Below are positions 10,797 through 19,204 of a DNA stretch of 64,000 nucleotides, piece by piece. The number at the start of each line of letters is the position of its first letter. Position 1 is the stretch's first letter. A program made the position numbers and the translations under genes. The notes below the pieces were generated by a model, which worked only from the letters and a program-made list of their open reading frames with translations, made no database searches and was not told the DNA's origin. Origin of the DNA: an uncultured bacterium (lineage in GTDB: Bacteria > Chlamydiota > Chlamydiia > Chlamydiales > JAAKFR01); the NCBI GenBank assembly GCA_964350245.1, contig CAYGJC010000009.1:1951-65950 (forward strand), read 5' to 3'.

Positions 10797-11080
10797 CAGC
10801 TGTCTATTATTTGTTTCTTTTTCTATTTCTTTTTGTTTCAGTCGTTCTCTGTTTCGTTATTCTGATTCAAGAGAGTAAGAGTTCAGGGCTTGGTGCCTCT
10901 TTCGGGGGAGACTCCGGGGATTCTCTTTTTGGAACCTCTACTCCTGAAGTACTCAAAAAGATCACAGCCTGGTTGGCCGTGATTTTTTTGGGGGGATGTG
11001 TGATTCTTTCTCTTTGGACAGGAGCAATGGGACGGGCAAAATCCAAGCAGGGAGTCACAACGGAGATCATTGAGAAGTGA
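10793..11080 (+). CDS. secG: Preprotein translocase subunit SecG
   Basis: ATGA overlap with tpiA. Two transmembrane (TM) helices with LIQESKSSGLGASFGG between them. Confidence 0.8.
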   Translation: MTAVYYLFLFLFLFVSVVLCFVILIQESKSSGLGASFGGDSGDSLFGTSTPEVLKKITAWLAVIFLGGCVILSLWTGAMGRAKSKQGVTTEIIEK

Positions 11081-11607
11081 AGCTCCCTCTGCGCTATTAT
11101 GGTGATCCTGTTCTACGCCAGAAAGCAGAGCCGATTGAGGAGATCACCGATGAGATCCGTCAGCTTGCCCACGATATGATTGAAACCATGCTCGCGCTCA
11201 ATGGGATTGGTCTGGCTGCCCCGCAAGTGGGGCGGATGGTTCGTCTTTATGTTTCCAATGTTGACTACGAGGATGAGGATGGCGAGCTCCACCTTTGTGA
11301 GCCTCTTGTCTATATCAATCCTGTGCTTTCCAATCCCAGTGACTTCCTCGATGAGCGGAGCGAGGGGTGTCTTTCAATTCCCCAGCTGCACGCACCGGTT
11401 GTGCGTCCCCATTCTATTGAGGTAGAGGCACAAGACCTTGAGGGCAACGTTTTCAAAAGAGTGTGCGAGGGGTATTTAGCCCGCAATATGATGCATGAAA
11501 ATGATCATCTTAATGGCGTTCTGTTTGTCGATCGGATCAAAGGCAAGCGCCGCACACAGTTAGAGCCCGAGCTGCGCCGCATCAAGCAGTATTACTTTAA
11601 AAAGTAA
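11077..11607 (+). CDS. def: Peptide deformylase
   Basis: GTGA overlap with secG. GIGLAAPQVG, EGCLSIP and HENDHLNG metal-site motifs. Confidence 0.9.
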   Translation: MKLPLRYYGDPVLRQKAEPIEEITDEIRQLAHDMIETMLALNGIGLAAPQVGRMVRLYVSNVDYEDEDGELHLCEPLVYINPVLSNPSDFLDERSEGCLSIPQLHAPVVRPHSIEVEAQDLEGNVFKRVCEGYLARNMMHENDHLNGVLFVDRIKGKRRTQLEPELRRIKQYYFKK

Positions 11608-11702
11608 CATCTGTTTGTTGGTCTTTACCATTCTGATTCAGAAAGATAGTTTTCAATTAGAGGCCTTTCTCCAGTCCACGCTAATAGATTCATTGTATAA
11701 GG

Positions 11703-11747
11703 TTTCCCATGAAAAATGGGAGGCGTCCTCCCATTTTTCATGGGAAA
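11703..11747. terminator. Long perfect hairpin (21-bp stem, 3-nt loop) between convergent def and the methyltransferase gene; likely a bidirectional terminator
   Basis: TTTCCCATGAAAAATGGGAGG-cgt-CCTCCCATTTTTCATGGGAAA. The right arm contains the stop codon (11738-11740) of the minus-strand gene. Confidence 0.65.
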
Positions 11748-12625
11748 GAGTCGCCCCACTTGGCTTTGCGGGCCACTTTATAGAGCTCTTTCTGCCGCTT
11801 AGAGACCGTTCGCTTCTCAATACCGGTTAACGTGCATAGCTCCATGTTGACATGCCCCGACCTCTTTTGAGGAGTAGAGATCAGGCGTGGCTTCTCAGGG
11901 TTTAAAGGCTCTTTGGTCACAATCACGTAGCTATACTTTTCATCCTCGTAAGGCAAAGAGGCTTCTTTTGCGTGCCGATGCATCTCAGAGCGATTGACAC
12001 GTACAGAGAAATGGCACCAGGCGGGATGAGGACAGCGCAGTGAGTGTGGGCAAGGCGCCGCTACATGCCCACCAAGAGCAATCAGCTGATCCCGTGCCTT
12101 CAATACATTCTGAAAGCCATGCGGCGTGCCCGGCTCGATAATGACGATGCCTTTCACAGCAGCCCATAGGGGTCCGAAGTCAAAATGGGAAAGCTCTCCA
12201 TAACTGTATCCGAAAACGGCTAGATCATGGGCTGAGTAGGAGGGAATCTTTTCCATATCTCCTAGCGTGTAGGCAGAACATCCTAACTGTTTTCCTAAGT
12301 CTATAAAAGTGGGCTCACGCTCAATGCACGTGGCGCGCATCTCTCCCCATAGCTGATTAGCTGCAAACCAAGCTGTTCCCGGACCCGATCCCATGTCTAG
12401 TAAAGAGGAGGGAAGGAAAGGAGTCTGGGATAAAACAGTAAAAATAGAGGCATAAGTAGCTGGAAAACGAACAGTTAGATATGTAAGAAGAGAGTTTGGA
12501 TGAGTGAGAGACCCACCTTCTCTATAGAGGTGTGTGATGGCAGATGAATATTCTATAAGATCTTGCGATTGAATACGTTTAGTTAGTTGGTCAATCGAGT
12601 GCTGGAGATTAGGAGGCAAAAACAT
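11738..12625 (-). CDS. Rsm22-like class I SAM-dependent methyltransferase
   Basis: SAM motif LLDMGSGPGTA and a C-terminal Cys cluster (CPHSLRCPHPAWCHF). The start is taken at Met88 of the listed ORF (MFLPPNLQ..., ATG at 12625), because the upstream 87 aa are low-complexity and antisense to the GAF gene. Confidence 0.6.
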   Translation of the reverse strand: MFLPPNLQHSIDQLTKRIQSQDLIEYSSAITHLYREGGSLTHPNSLLTYLTVRFPATYASIFTVLSQTPFLPSSLLDMGSGPGTAWFAANQLWGEMRATCIEREPTFIDLGKQLGCSAYTLGDMEKIPSYSAHDLAVFGYSYGELSHFDFGPLWAAVKGIVIIEPGTPHGFQNVLKARDQLIALGGHVAAPCPHSLRCPHPAWCHFSVRVNRSEMHRHAKEASLPYEDEKYSYVIVTKEPLNPEKPRLISTPQKRSGHVNMELCTLTGIEKRTVSKRQKELYKVARKAKWGDSFP

Positions 12626-12638
12626 TAAAATAAGTGTT

Positions 12639-14102
12639 ATGGAGTGTAATGCCGCCATTTTACAACAGCTCAATGAAATAGGAATAGCACTTTCAAAAGA
12701 GCAGTCGATTCCTGTGCTGCACAAGCAGATTTTGCAGAGGGCAAAGGAGCTGACACATGCAGATGGGGGAACTCTGTATTCAGTTGTGGATGAGAAGTGG
12801 CTCCGTTTTGAAATTGTGCTTTCTGATTCTTTTAGTCCCACCCCTTTTCCTGATCTCCCACTGTTTTTAGAAGATGGACGTCCCAATGAGACCTTGATGG
12901 TTGCCTATGCGGTCCACCACAAGAAGACCGTCCAAGTGAAGGATGCCTACCAAGAGGCTGGATTTGATTTTTCAGGTACAAGAAATTTTGATCAGCGTAC
13001 CGGATACCGCACGCGAGCGGTGCTGACCATTCCAATGCAAGATCATGAAGGGAAGGTAATCGCTGTTTTGCAGCTGATCAACCCGCTTGAGGGAGAATTT
13101 TTGGAGCCAGATATCCAATTGGCCGAGTCGCTCGCATCTCAAGCAGGAATCGCGCTCAACAAGCAGCTTCTCATTTTGAGTTTACGCACGCTTTTTGAGT
13201 CACTGATTCGCGTGATCACAGAAGCCATTGATGCCAAATCACCCTCTACCGGTCATCACAGCAAACGCGTGCCTATTATTGCGGAGCTACTTGCACGTGC
13301 ACTCGATGTGCCTTTCACTGAAGCTGAACTGTATGAACTACGTATTGCTTCATTGTTGCATGATTGTGGCAAGATCACCACGCCTGACTATATTGTCGAG
13401 AAAAAGACGAAGTTAGAAACACTTTTTGATCGCATGCATCTGATCAAAGCGCGCTTTTCTGCATGTATTGAGCAAGAAAAAAACCAGTGGATACAAACAC
13501 ACTATCCTGAAGTGTATCAAGAGCTGGAAAAGACTTTTGCTTCAAAAGAGAAAGCGCATGCGGATGATCTCTCTTTCATTCAGCGGTGTAACCAAGGAAC
13601 AGAGCCGATCACACAAGAAGCTGCAGAGAAATTGCAACAGATCGCCTCAGCGCACTTGTTGACCCCAGATGAGTTGGAAAATCTTCTGATTGTGAACGGG
13701 AATCTAACTCCTAAAGAGATCGAGATCATGCGTCAGCATGTGGTGATGAGCTACCGCATGCTCTCACAACTTCCCTTTCCAAGCGAGCTTCAATCTGTTC
13801 CTGAAATTGCCGCCTCACATCACGAGCGGATGGACGGCAAAGGGTATCCACGCGGACTTAAAGGGGACGAGATGTCGATTCAAGCGCGGATTTTAGCCAT
13901 TGCGGATGTCTTCGAGGCACTCTCTTCACCCGACCGCTCCTATCGAAAACCGGCTCCTTTATCAAACGTATTTAAGATCATGCAAGAGATGGTAGATGAA
14001 GGACATCTCGATCCTAAGCTCGTTGAAATTTTTCTGAAGAAAAAAGTCTACCTTCCGTATGCTGAGCGGTATCTAATGCCCGAGCAGCTCGATGTCGACT
14101 AA
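12639..14102 (+). CDS. GAF-domain / HD-GYP-domain protein (predicted cyclic-dinucleotide phosphodiesterase)
   Basis: N-terminal GAF-like region (LNEIGIALSKE...DGGTLYSV...LQLINP). HD-GYP signature HHSKRV...LHDCGK...HHERMDGKGYPRGL. Confidence 0.8.
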   Translation: MECNAAILQQLNEIGIALSKEQSIPVLHKQILQRAKELTHADGGTLYSVVDEKWLRFEIVLSDSFSPTPFPDLPLFLEDGRPNETLMVAYAVHHKKTVQVKDAYQEAGFDFSGTRNFDQRTGYRTRAVLTIPMQDHEGKVIAVLQLINPLEGEFLEPDIQLAESLASQAGIALNKQLLILSLRTLFESLIRVITEAIDAKSPSTGHHSKRVPIIAELLARALDVPFTEAELYELRIASLLHDCGKITTPDYIVEKKTKLETLFDRMHLIKARFSACIEQEKNQWIQTHYPEVYQELEKTFASKEKAHADDLSFIQRCNQGTEPITQEAAEKLQQIASAHLLTPDELENLLIVNGNLTPKEIEIMRQHVVMSYRMLSQLPFPSELQSVPEIAASHHERMDGKGYPRGLKGDEMSIQARILAIADVFEALSSPDRSYRKPAPLSNVFKIMQEMVDEGHLDPKLVEIFLKKKVYLPYAERYLMPEQLDVD

Positions 14103-16350
14103 ATGTGCTCTCTGTTCACTTTCCTGTCCGCGCAATCCTATCGAGGAGGGCGAAAATCGCTTCTGCTGTCGAGGGTGTTTGACTGTATTTCAGATCTTGC
14201 GCACTCAAAAGTTTCAGGGAGATGTCCACACCCATCCTCTTTTTCAGCAGGCACTCGATAGCGGGATTCTTTCTAATCCTGAGCTTTATGAGGAGATGGC
14301 GGCCAAAGAGGTAGAAGGTGAGATGATGACCCTTCACCTCGAGATTGGGGAGATGTGGTGTCCGAGTTGTGCGGAGGCAATCCGGCTCATTTTAATGCGG
14401 CAGGCTGGAATTAAGCGATGTGTAGTTGATTACGCAACCGATTGCGCTTTGATCGAGTTTTCCCCCCGTCACTTTTCAAAGGAAGAGCTCTTCGCTTTTA
14501 TCAGACGTTTAGGGTATCTTCCTCAGCCACTGTTATCTTCTGAACGTAAGCCGGCTCGCTTTTCTTGGATCCGTTTTGCCATCAGCGCCTTTTGTGCCCT
14601 CAACTTAATGATGATCGCCCTTCCACTCTATACTTCCTACACCACAGATGGGTATGGGAGTGCAACGGGATGGCTCTCTTTTGCTTTGGCTCTTCCCTTG
14701 ATTACCTATGGTGCCTGGCCTCTCTGGCGCCGTTTTCTTCTCTCTTTACGGACAAGGCAGTTTGGTATGGAAACCTTAGTTTTGATGGGAGCAGGGGCTG
14801 CTTTTAGCTACTCCACCTACCAGCTCTTTTTCTACGATCCTCCTCATTTGTATTACGATTCGATGGGGATGCTTCTCACCTTTGTTCTTTTGGGAAAAAT
14901 CCTGGAGAAGCGGGCTAAGTTTTCTGCCAAAGAGAGCCTATTTCGCATCACGCGCACTCTGCCTAAAAAAGGAATGAAGCAGCTCCCTTCAGGAGAGTAT
15001 ATGTCTGTGCCCCTTAAAGATATTAAAAAAGGTGATACTCTGCTTGTGCGCACGGGAGAGAAAGTGGTTTTAGATGGCGTTGTACTCAAAGGGGAGGGGC
15101 TTGTCGATGCCTCTGTCATGACAGGCGAGTCAATGCCACTGCGCGTACAACCCGGCGCTTCGCTTGTGGGAGGAAGCCTTCTTAAGCAGGGCGTGCTGCA
15201 CATTCAAGTTTTAGCAGATATGGAAGCGTCTATTCTCACCCGTATTTTTAAAATTATCGAGCAAGACCTTGGGAAAAAAAGGGCGGGTGGTCGCTTGGTG
15301 GACCGTTTGATTCCCTATTTCGTGCCCCTTGTGCTTCTTCTTGCTTGTTTTGCTTACCCTTTCAGCGGATTTCTGCGCTCTCTTTCGGTTTTATTGATAT
15401 CCTGTCCGTGCGCGATTGGGATTGCCACGCCCCTTGCTGAAGCACGTCTGCTCTATCGCTTTGCCGAAGAGGGGGCTTTAGTACGTAATCGAGAAGCACT
15501 TGCTATTTTGGCTCAAGATCCTCTTTTTGTTTTTGACAAAACAGGAACATTAACCGAAGGAAAGTTTCAGGTTCTCAGCGGGCTTGAGCAGCTAGATCCC
15601 ACTCACAAAGCGATTTTGAAAGGGTTTTCAAACTACACAACCCATCCTGTGGTGTTAGCAGTTGGGGAAGCTCTCTTTGAATCTGTTAAGCTCGATCATG
15701 TTCAGGAGTATGTGGGGAGAGGAATGGATGGGGAGTATGCGGGTAAGCGCTATCAAATTGGTTCTTCAACTTTTTTCAAAGAGAGAGGAATTTCAGTGCC
15801 TTCTGCTCAAACGACAACAGTCTATTTTGCAGAAGAGAATGCTCTTTTGGCCACCATTCAACTAGGTGATCCACTAAGAGAAGATATTCCACAAGTAGAC
15901 GGCGTAATCCTATCAGGAGACGCTCCTGAACTGGTTTCTGCGATTGCTAAGCAGTGCGGTTTTCAATGGGGCAAAGGAGGCTGTGATCCCTTACAAAAAA
16001 GAGCGGAAATCGAAAAGATGGAACGGCCCGTTGTGATGGTGGGTGATGGTGTGAATGATGCACCGGCATTGAGTGCGGCAGATGTCGGAATTTCCGTGGT
16101 TTCCGCGACCGATCTTTCCATTGAGGTTTCGGATATTTTGCTCACTAAAACACGTCTCTCTGTCCTCCCGGAACTAGTTGTGCTTGCCAAGAAGGGAAGG
16201 CGCATCATCAAACAGAATCTTTTCTGGGCCTTTTTTTACAATGGAGTGGGGATTGGACTAGCGCTTTTAGGTTATTTGACGCCTCTGTTTGCTGTTTCAG
16301 CTATGCTGCTCAGCAGTCTCTGCGTCACACTCAACTCGTGGAGAAGCTAG
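14092..16350 (+). CDS. Heavy-metal (Cu+) translocating P1B-type ATPase, FixI/CcoI-like
   Basis: N-terminal Cys-rich domain CALCSLSC...FCCRGC. Heavy-metal-associated (HMA) domain motif MWCPSC. Transmembrane CPC, DKTGTLT and GDGVNDAPAL. The start overlaps the upstream stop by 11 nt. Confidence 0.92.
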   Translation: MSTKCALCSLSCPRNPIEEGENRFCCRGCLTVFQILRTQKFQGDVHTHPLFQQALDSGILSNPELYEEMAAKEVEGEMMTLHLEIGEMWCPSCAEAIRLILMRQAGIKRCVVDYATDCALIEFSPRHFSKEELFAFIRRLGYLPQPLLSSERKPARFSWIRFAISAFCALNLMMIALPLYTSYTTDGYGSATGWLSFALALPLITYGAWPLWRRFLLSLRTRQFGMETLVLMGAGAAFSYSTYQLFFYDPPHLYYDSMGMLLTFVLLGKILEKRAKFSAKESLFRITRTLPKKGMKQLPSGEYMSVPLKDIKKGDTLLVRTGEKVVLDGVVLKGEGLVDASVMTGESMPLRVQPGASLVGGSLLKQGVLHIQVLADMEASILTRIFKIIEQDLGKKRAGGRLVDRLIPYFVPLVLLLACFAYPFSGFLRSLSVLLISCPCAIGIATPLAEARLLYRFAEEGALVRNREALAILAQDPLFVFDKTGTLTEGKFQVLSGLEQLDPTHKAILKGFSNYTTHPVVLAVGEALFESVKLDHVQEYVGRGMDGEYAGKRYQIGSSTFFKERGISVPSAQTTTVYFAEENALLATIQLGDPLREDIPQVDGVILSGDAPELVSAIAKQCGFQWGKGGCDPLQKRAEIEKMERPVVMVGDGVNDAPALSAADVGISVVSATDLSIEVSDILLTKTRLSVLPELVVLAKKGRRIIKQNLFWAFFYNGVGIGLALLGYLTPLFAVSAMLLSSLCVTLNSWRS

Positions 16351-16977
16351 TTTTGATAGAAGCATTGGAGTGGCACCTAATTCAAAAGGGTCAACGTTGA
16401 TCACCTTAAAACCCAACTTCTGATAAAAGCCTTCTGCCTCTTTATTGACTTCGACATAAACAGGGTACTGACTGTCATGCAATATCTTGTTGACAAGTGC
16501 TCTTGCAGATCCAGCAGTGCGCTCTGCATTTCCCTCACTTCGATCCACATTTTTGGGTGACGTGACCAAGTAATAGATATAACACGTATTTAGCTTAGAG
16601 TTACTTAACTCAATTGGATGCTCCCAACACACAATCGCCAGTGCCTGGACGACACCGTTTGCCTTCGCAGCTACAATCTCATAGTCCTTCCAGTAGTCTT
16701 CGCTGCCTTGATTGGAGGAGGCTTGTTTTGCTTCAATAAATCTACCAACTAATTTCGAAATTCTACTACACGCTTGCAGATCCTCATGCAAGCTGCCTGC
16801 TAGTTTTTTCGCACGGCTTTTCGCGTCCACATCCCAGTGTTGAGCAATTTGTTTGATAGGCTCGAGTTCTTTACTTTTGATGCGATCGACAGAGATTTCT
16901 TGTTCAGACAATTGTAGTAGAGCACTGGTCACTAAAACAGGTGCTGCACCACCGAGATGTTGAGAGGGCGTTGACAT
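16297..16977 (-). CDS. GNAT-fold acetyltransferase-like protein with an N-terminal extension not recognised as any domain
   Basis: C-terminal half has GNAT-like elements (ERTAGSARALVNKIL; AEGFYQKLGFKVI). The first 90 or so aa match no recognisable domain. It is a stand-alone transcription unit. Confidence 0.5.
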   Translation of the reverse strand: MSTPSQHLGGAAPVLVTSALLQLSEQEISVDRIKSKELEPIKQIAQHWDVDAKSRAKKLAGSLHEDLQACSRISKLVGRFIEAKQASSNQGSEDYWKDYEIVAAKANGVVQALAIVCWEHPIELSNSKLNTCYIYYLVTSPKNVDRSEGNAERTAGSARALVNKILHDSQYPVYVEVNKEAEGFYQKLGFKVINVDPFELGATPMLLSKLASPRVECDAETAEQHS

Positions 16978-17044
16978 ACTTTACCGATAAACTAGGAAAA
17001 TGCTAGAGCTTTCATCTATTTTAGGTAAACCGGGTAAAAACGCG

Positions 17045-19204
17045 TTAGCATTTTTTCCTTGGAGGAGGACCCGGTTCGAGCTTTAGAGAGACTGAAAACC
17101 GGTTGTCGTCGGCCTCACGCTTTTCATAGATAAACTTAAAGTGCCAATGCTTGTACAAAACTGTTCCGAGCTCCGCTTGAAACTCTAAGTAAGGATCTTG
17201 CCTCTCTCTATTCCAACCGTGACGCATATCAAACTTTCCGGTCCAATCGGGGGTAAAGCGGATAAATGTCCGAAATAAGAAAGTGTCCCGACGGTCTGAG
17301 AGGACAGAATCTTCGAGCTCTTGTTCTGTCCGGACCGTTTCAAGGATGAAGTTATAAAAGTCAGCTTTGCGCCAATCATATTGACTGCGATGTCGATACT
17401 CGACGCTGAAGGCTAGATGGGTGCTAAGTGTCCAGTCAATACGTGCATTGTAGTAGTCCACAAGCTTGTTACGGAAGTTCCAAGCTGTATCCACACCGAT
17501 AAACATCCGTTGATACGGCTGCCACTCAATATCCAGATAGGCTTTGGGAATGGCTTGAGGAATGGTTTTCTCATTAAAGAAAGCATTGGTCCAAAGATTG
17601 ATCCAAAGGGGACGGGCAATGCCACACGGCGCCTTAACAAAGAAGCTGTTGGCCACACCAAAGCGCATGAGGTTGAGCCTATCATACCCGTCGTCAAGGG
17701 TAAAAATAAAGTGGTGGTCATCGGCAACGCGTGGCTGTGTGAGATAACGGTAATGGAGATAAGGCTCAATGACATGTTTATAGTTGGCTCCACATCTTGA
17801 TAGAGCGGTGTCGAATCGAAACCCGAGCTCACCAATAGCTTGGCCGGCAGAAGCACCGCCTGGACTATTGCTATAGGCAATACCGATAAAACCGGCTTCA
17901 GGCGTAGCTGTGAAAGGGCCAAAGAAAAAGGGGCGGTAAAAATGCGGATAGGTGAAAATGCGCCCGGCATGAAAGTCGTCTCGATTAATGTCTTCGCTAA
18001 ATGTATAATTGAGGTAACCGGCCCTGGTGGTATTTTCAAATAGAATGCCCGTATAGGGGATCTCAAAGGGATGAAGGTTAAAAACGAGGGTAGGCAGCTC
18101 TTGGTTTACAGATTGGAACTGGTTGACACGCACACGAGAGAATAGATTGGCGATCCAGGAGGTTTCTTGCCGCCTAAAGGCAATTTGCGTGCGGCCGGCT
18201 GTCGGTAAGTCAAAATCTTGAATATAGAAATCGGCTGCCATCTCAGCGTCGCTGACGTAATCATACATCCCTTCAATACTAGTACCGTAAATACAGTCGT
18301 AAAAGGTTCCCTGTAGCCGATAACGATCCCGGTCGTTGGGATCGTCGATGGCGATATCGTGAGCATAATAACTGCGGGTATAAAACTCGGTGGGCCTATG
18401 TTTGGGATTGTAGCGGGTCTCGATTCCACCACCTAAGCCGTGTCCGAAAAAGCCGTCGAGGCGGGCCACTCCTTTTAAGTCTCCCCATGATAAAAAGCGG
18501 TAGAGCAAACTGAGGTGGGAGCCTAAAAAACCTCCCCAGCCAAATTTGACGGCGAAGGGAGAGCGTCCACGATTGTCCAGGTCGAGTTTGACTTTGGGAA
18601 ACCAAAAAAGAGGAACTTTAGAGGCCCAAACGTTGATGTTATCGGCTGTGACTACTTTGTTGGGGGTTAAGGTAATGGTTGGAGAGCGGATGACAACATC
18701 GGGCCGCCCGCCTTCTGAGGTCGTTAAGTAACCTCCCAAAGCTGTCAGATTTCCTGAATCCAGTAGTAAAATTTCATCTCCACCGACATACCAAGGGGGC
18801 TGGGCGGTCTTTCCGTTGATCAAAAAGCCGGTGTGGGTAATGAAATCATAGTAGAGATAGTCTCCAACTAAAACCCATTGACGGTAATCGATCAGCAGAT
18901 TTCCCTCACACTGAACGGTGAAAACAGGGGGATCGCACTCAAGGTTGCGGGTGTAGACGAGTTTTTGGGCCTGCACGCGAAAGTGGGGGGCGGTTAGGAT
19001 ACCTCCCTCATCAGTGGAGAGAACTCCTTCCTCATAAAGGGGATTGCGTAGGTCAACAATGACGTTCTCTTCAATTTCGCGGAGCGGCTCTTCGAGGGGG
19101 CGGCACCGGTAACATTCGGTTTTCCAAATGCGGGGAGGGTCGGTGAAGAGCTCTTCAGCGATAAGAGGAGAGGCAAGCAGGAAGAGGAGTAAATAGCGTA
19201 TCAT
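17045..19204 (-). CDS. lptD: LPS-assembly outer-membrane protein LptD/OstA-like
   Basis: Signal peptide. An OstA-like N-domain followed by a large beta-barrel. VPLFWFPKVKLDLDNRGRSPF resembles the LptD (vPvfY.P....RkSGfL) block. Confidence 0.7.
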   Translation of the reverse strand: MIRYLLLFLLASPLIAEELFTDPPRIWKTECYRCRPLEEPLREIEENVIVDLRNPLYEEGVLSTDEGGILTAPHFRVQAQKLVYTRNLECDPPVFTVQCEGNLLIDYRQWVLVGDYLYYDFITHTGFLINGKTAQPPWYVGGDEILLLDSGNLTALGGYLTTSEGGRPDVVIRSPTITLTPNKVVTADNINVWASKVPLFWFPKVKLDLDNRGRSPFAVKFGWGGFLGSHLSLLYRFLSWGDLKGVARLDGFFGHGLGGGIETRYNPKHRPTEFYTRSYYAHDIAIDDPNDRDRYRLQGTFYDCIYGTSIEGMYDYVSDAEMAADFYIQDFDLPTAGRTQIAFRRQETSWIANLFSRVRVNQFQSVNQELPTLVFNLHPFEIPYTGILFENTTRAGYLNYTFSEDINRDDFHAGRIFTYPHFYRPFFFGPFTATPEAGFIGIAYSNSPGGASAGQAIGELGFRFDTALSRCGANYKHVIEPYLHYRYLTQPRVADDHHFIFTLDDGYDRLNLMRFGVANSFFVKAPCGIARPLWINLWTNAFFNEKTIPQAIPKAYLDIEWQPYQRMFIGVDTAWNFRNKLVDYYNARIDWTLSTHLAFSVEYRHRSQYDWRKADFYNFILETVRTEQELEDSVLSDRRDTFLFRTFIRFTPDWTGKFDMRHGWNRERQDPYLEFQAELGTVLYKHWHFKFIYEKREADDNRFSVSLKLEPGPPPRKKC

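Noticed and set aside
12626-12886. An 87-codon N-terminal extension of the methyltransferase ORF (listed as 11738..12886).
   Set aside because: The extension is low-complexity (Ser/Gly/Cys/Lys-rich), is antisense to the well-formed GAF N-terminus, and precedes a Met (MFLPPNLQ) from which the recognisable methyltransferase sequence begins.
17413-18066. A 217-aa ORF in an alternative frame inside lptD, plus several 60-130-aa ORFs on both strands there.
   Set aside because: It is fully nested in a 719-aa gene with a coherent LptD-like sequence. The nested products are Pro/Leu/Ser-rich with no motifs.
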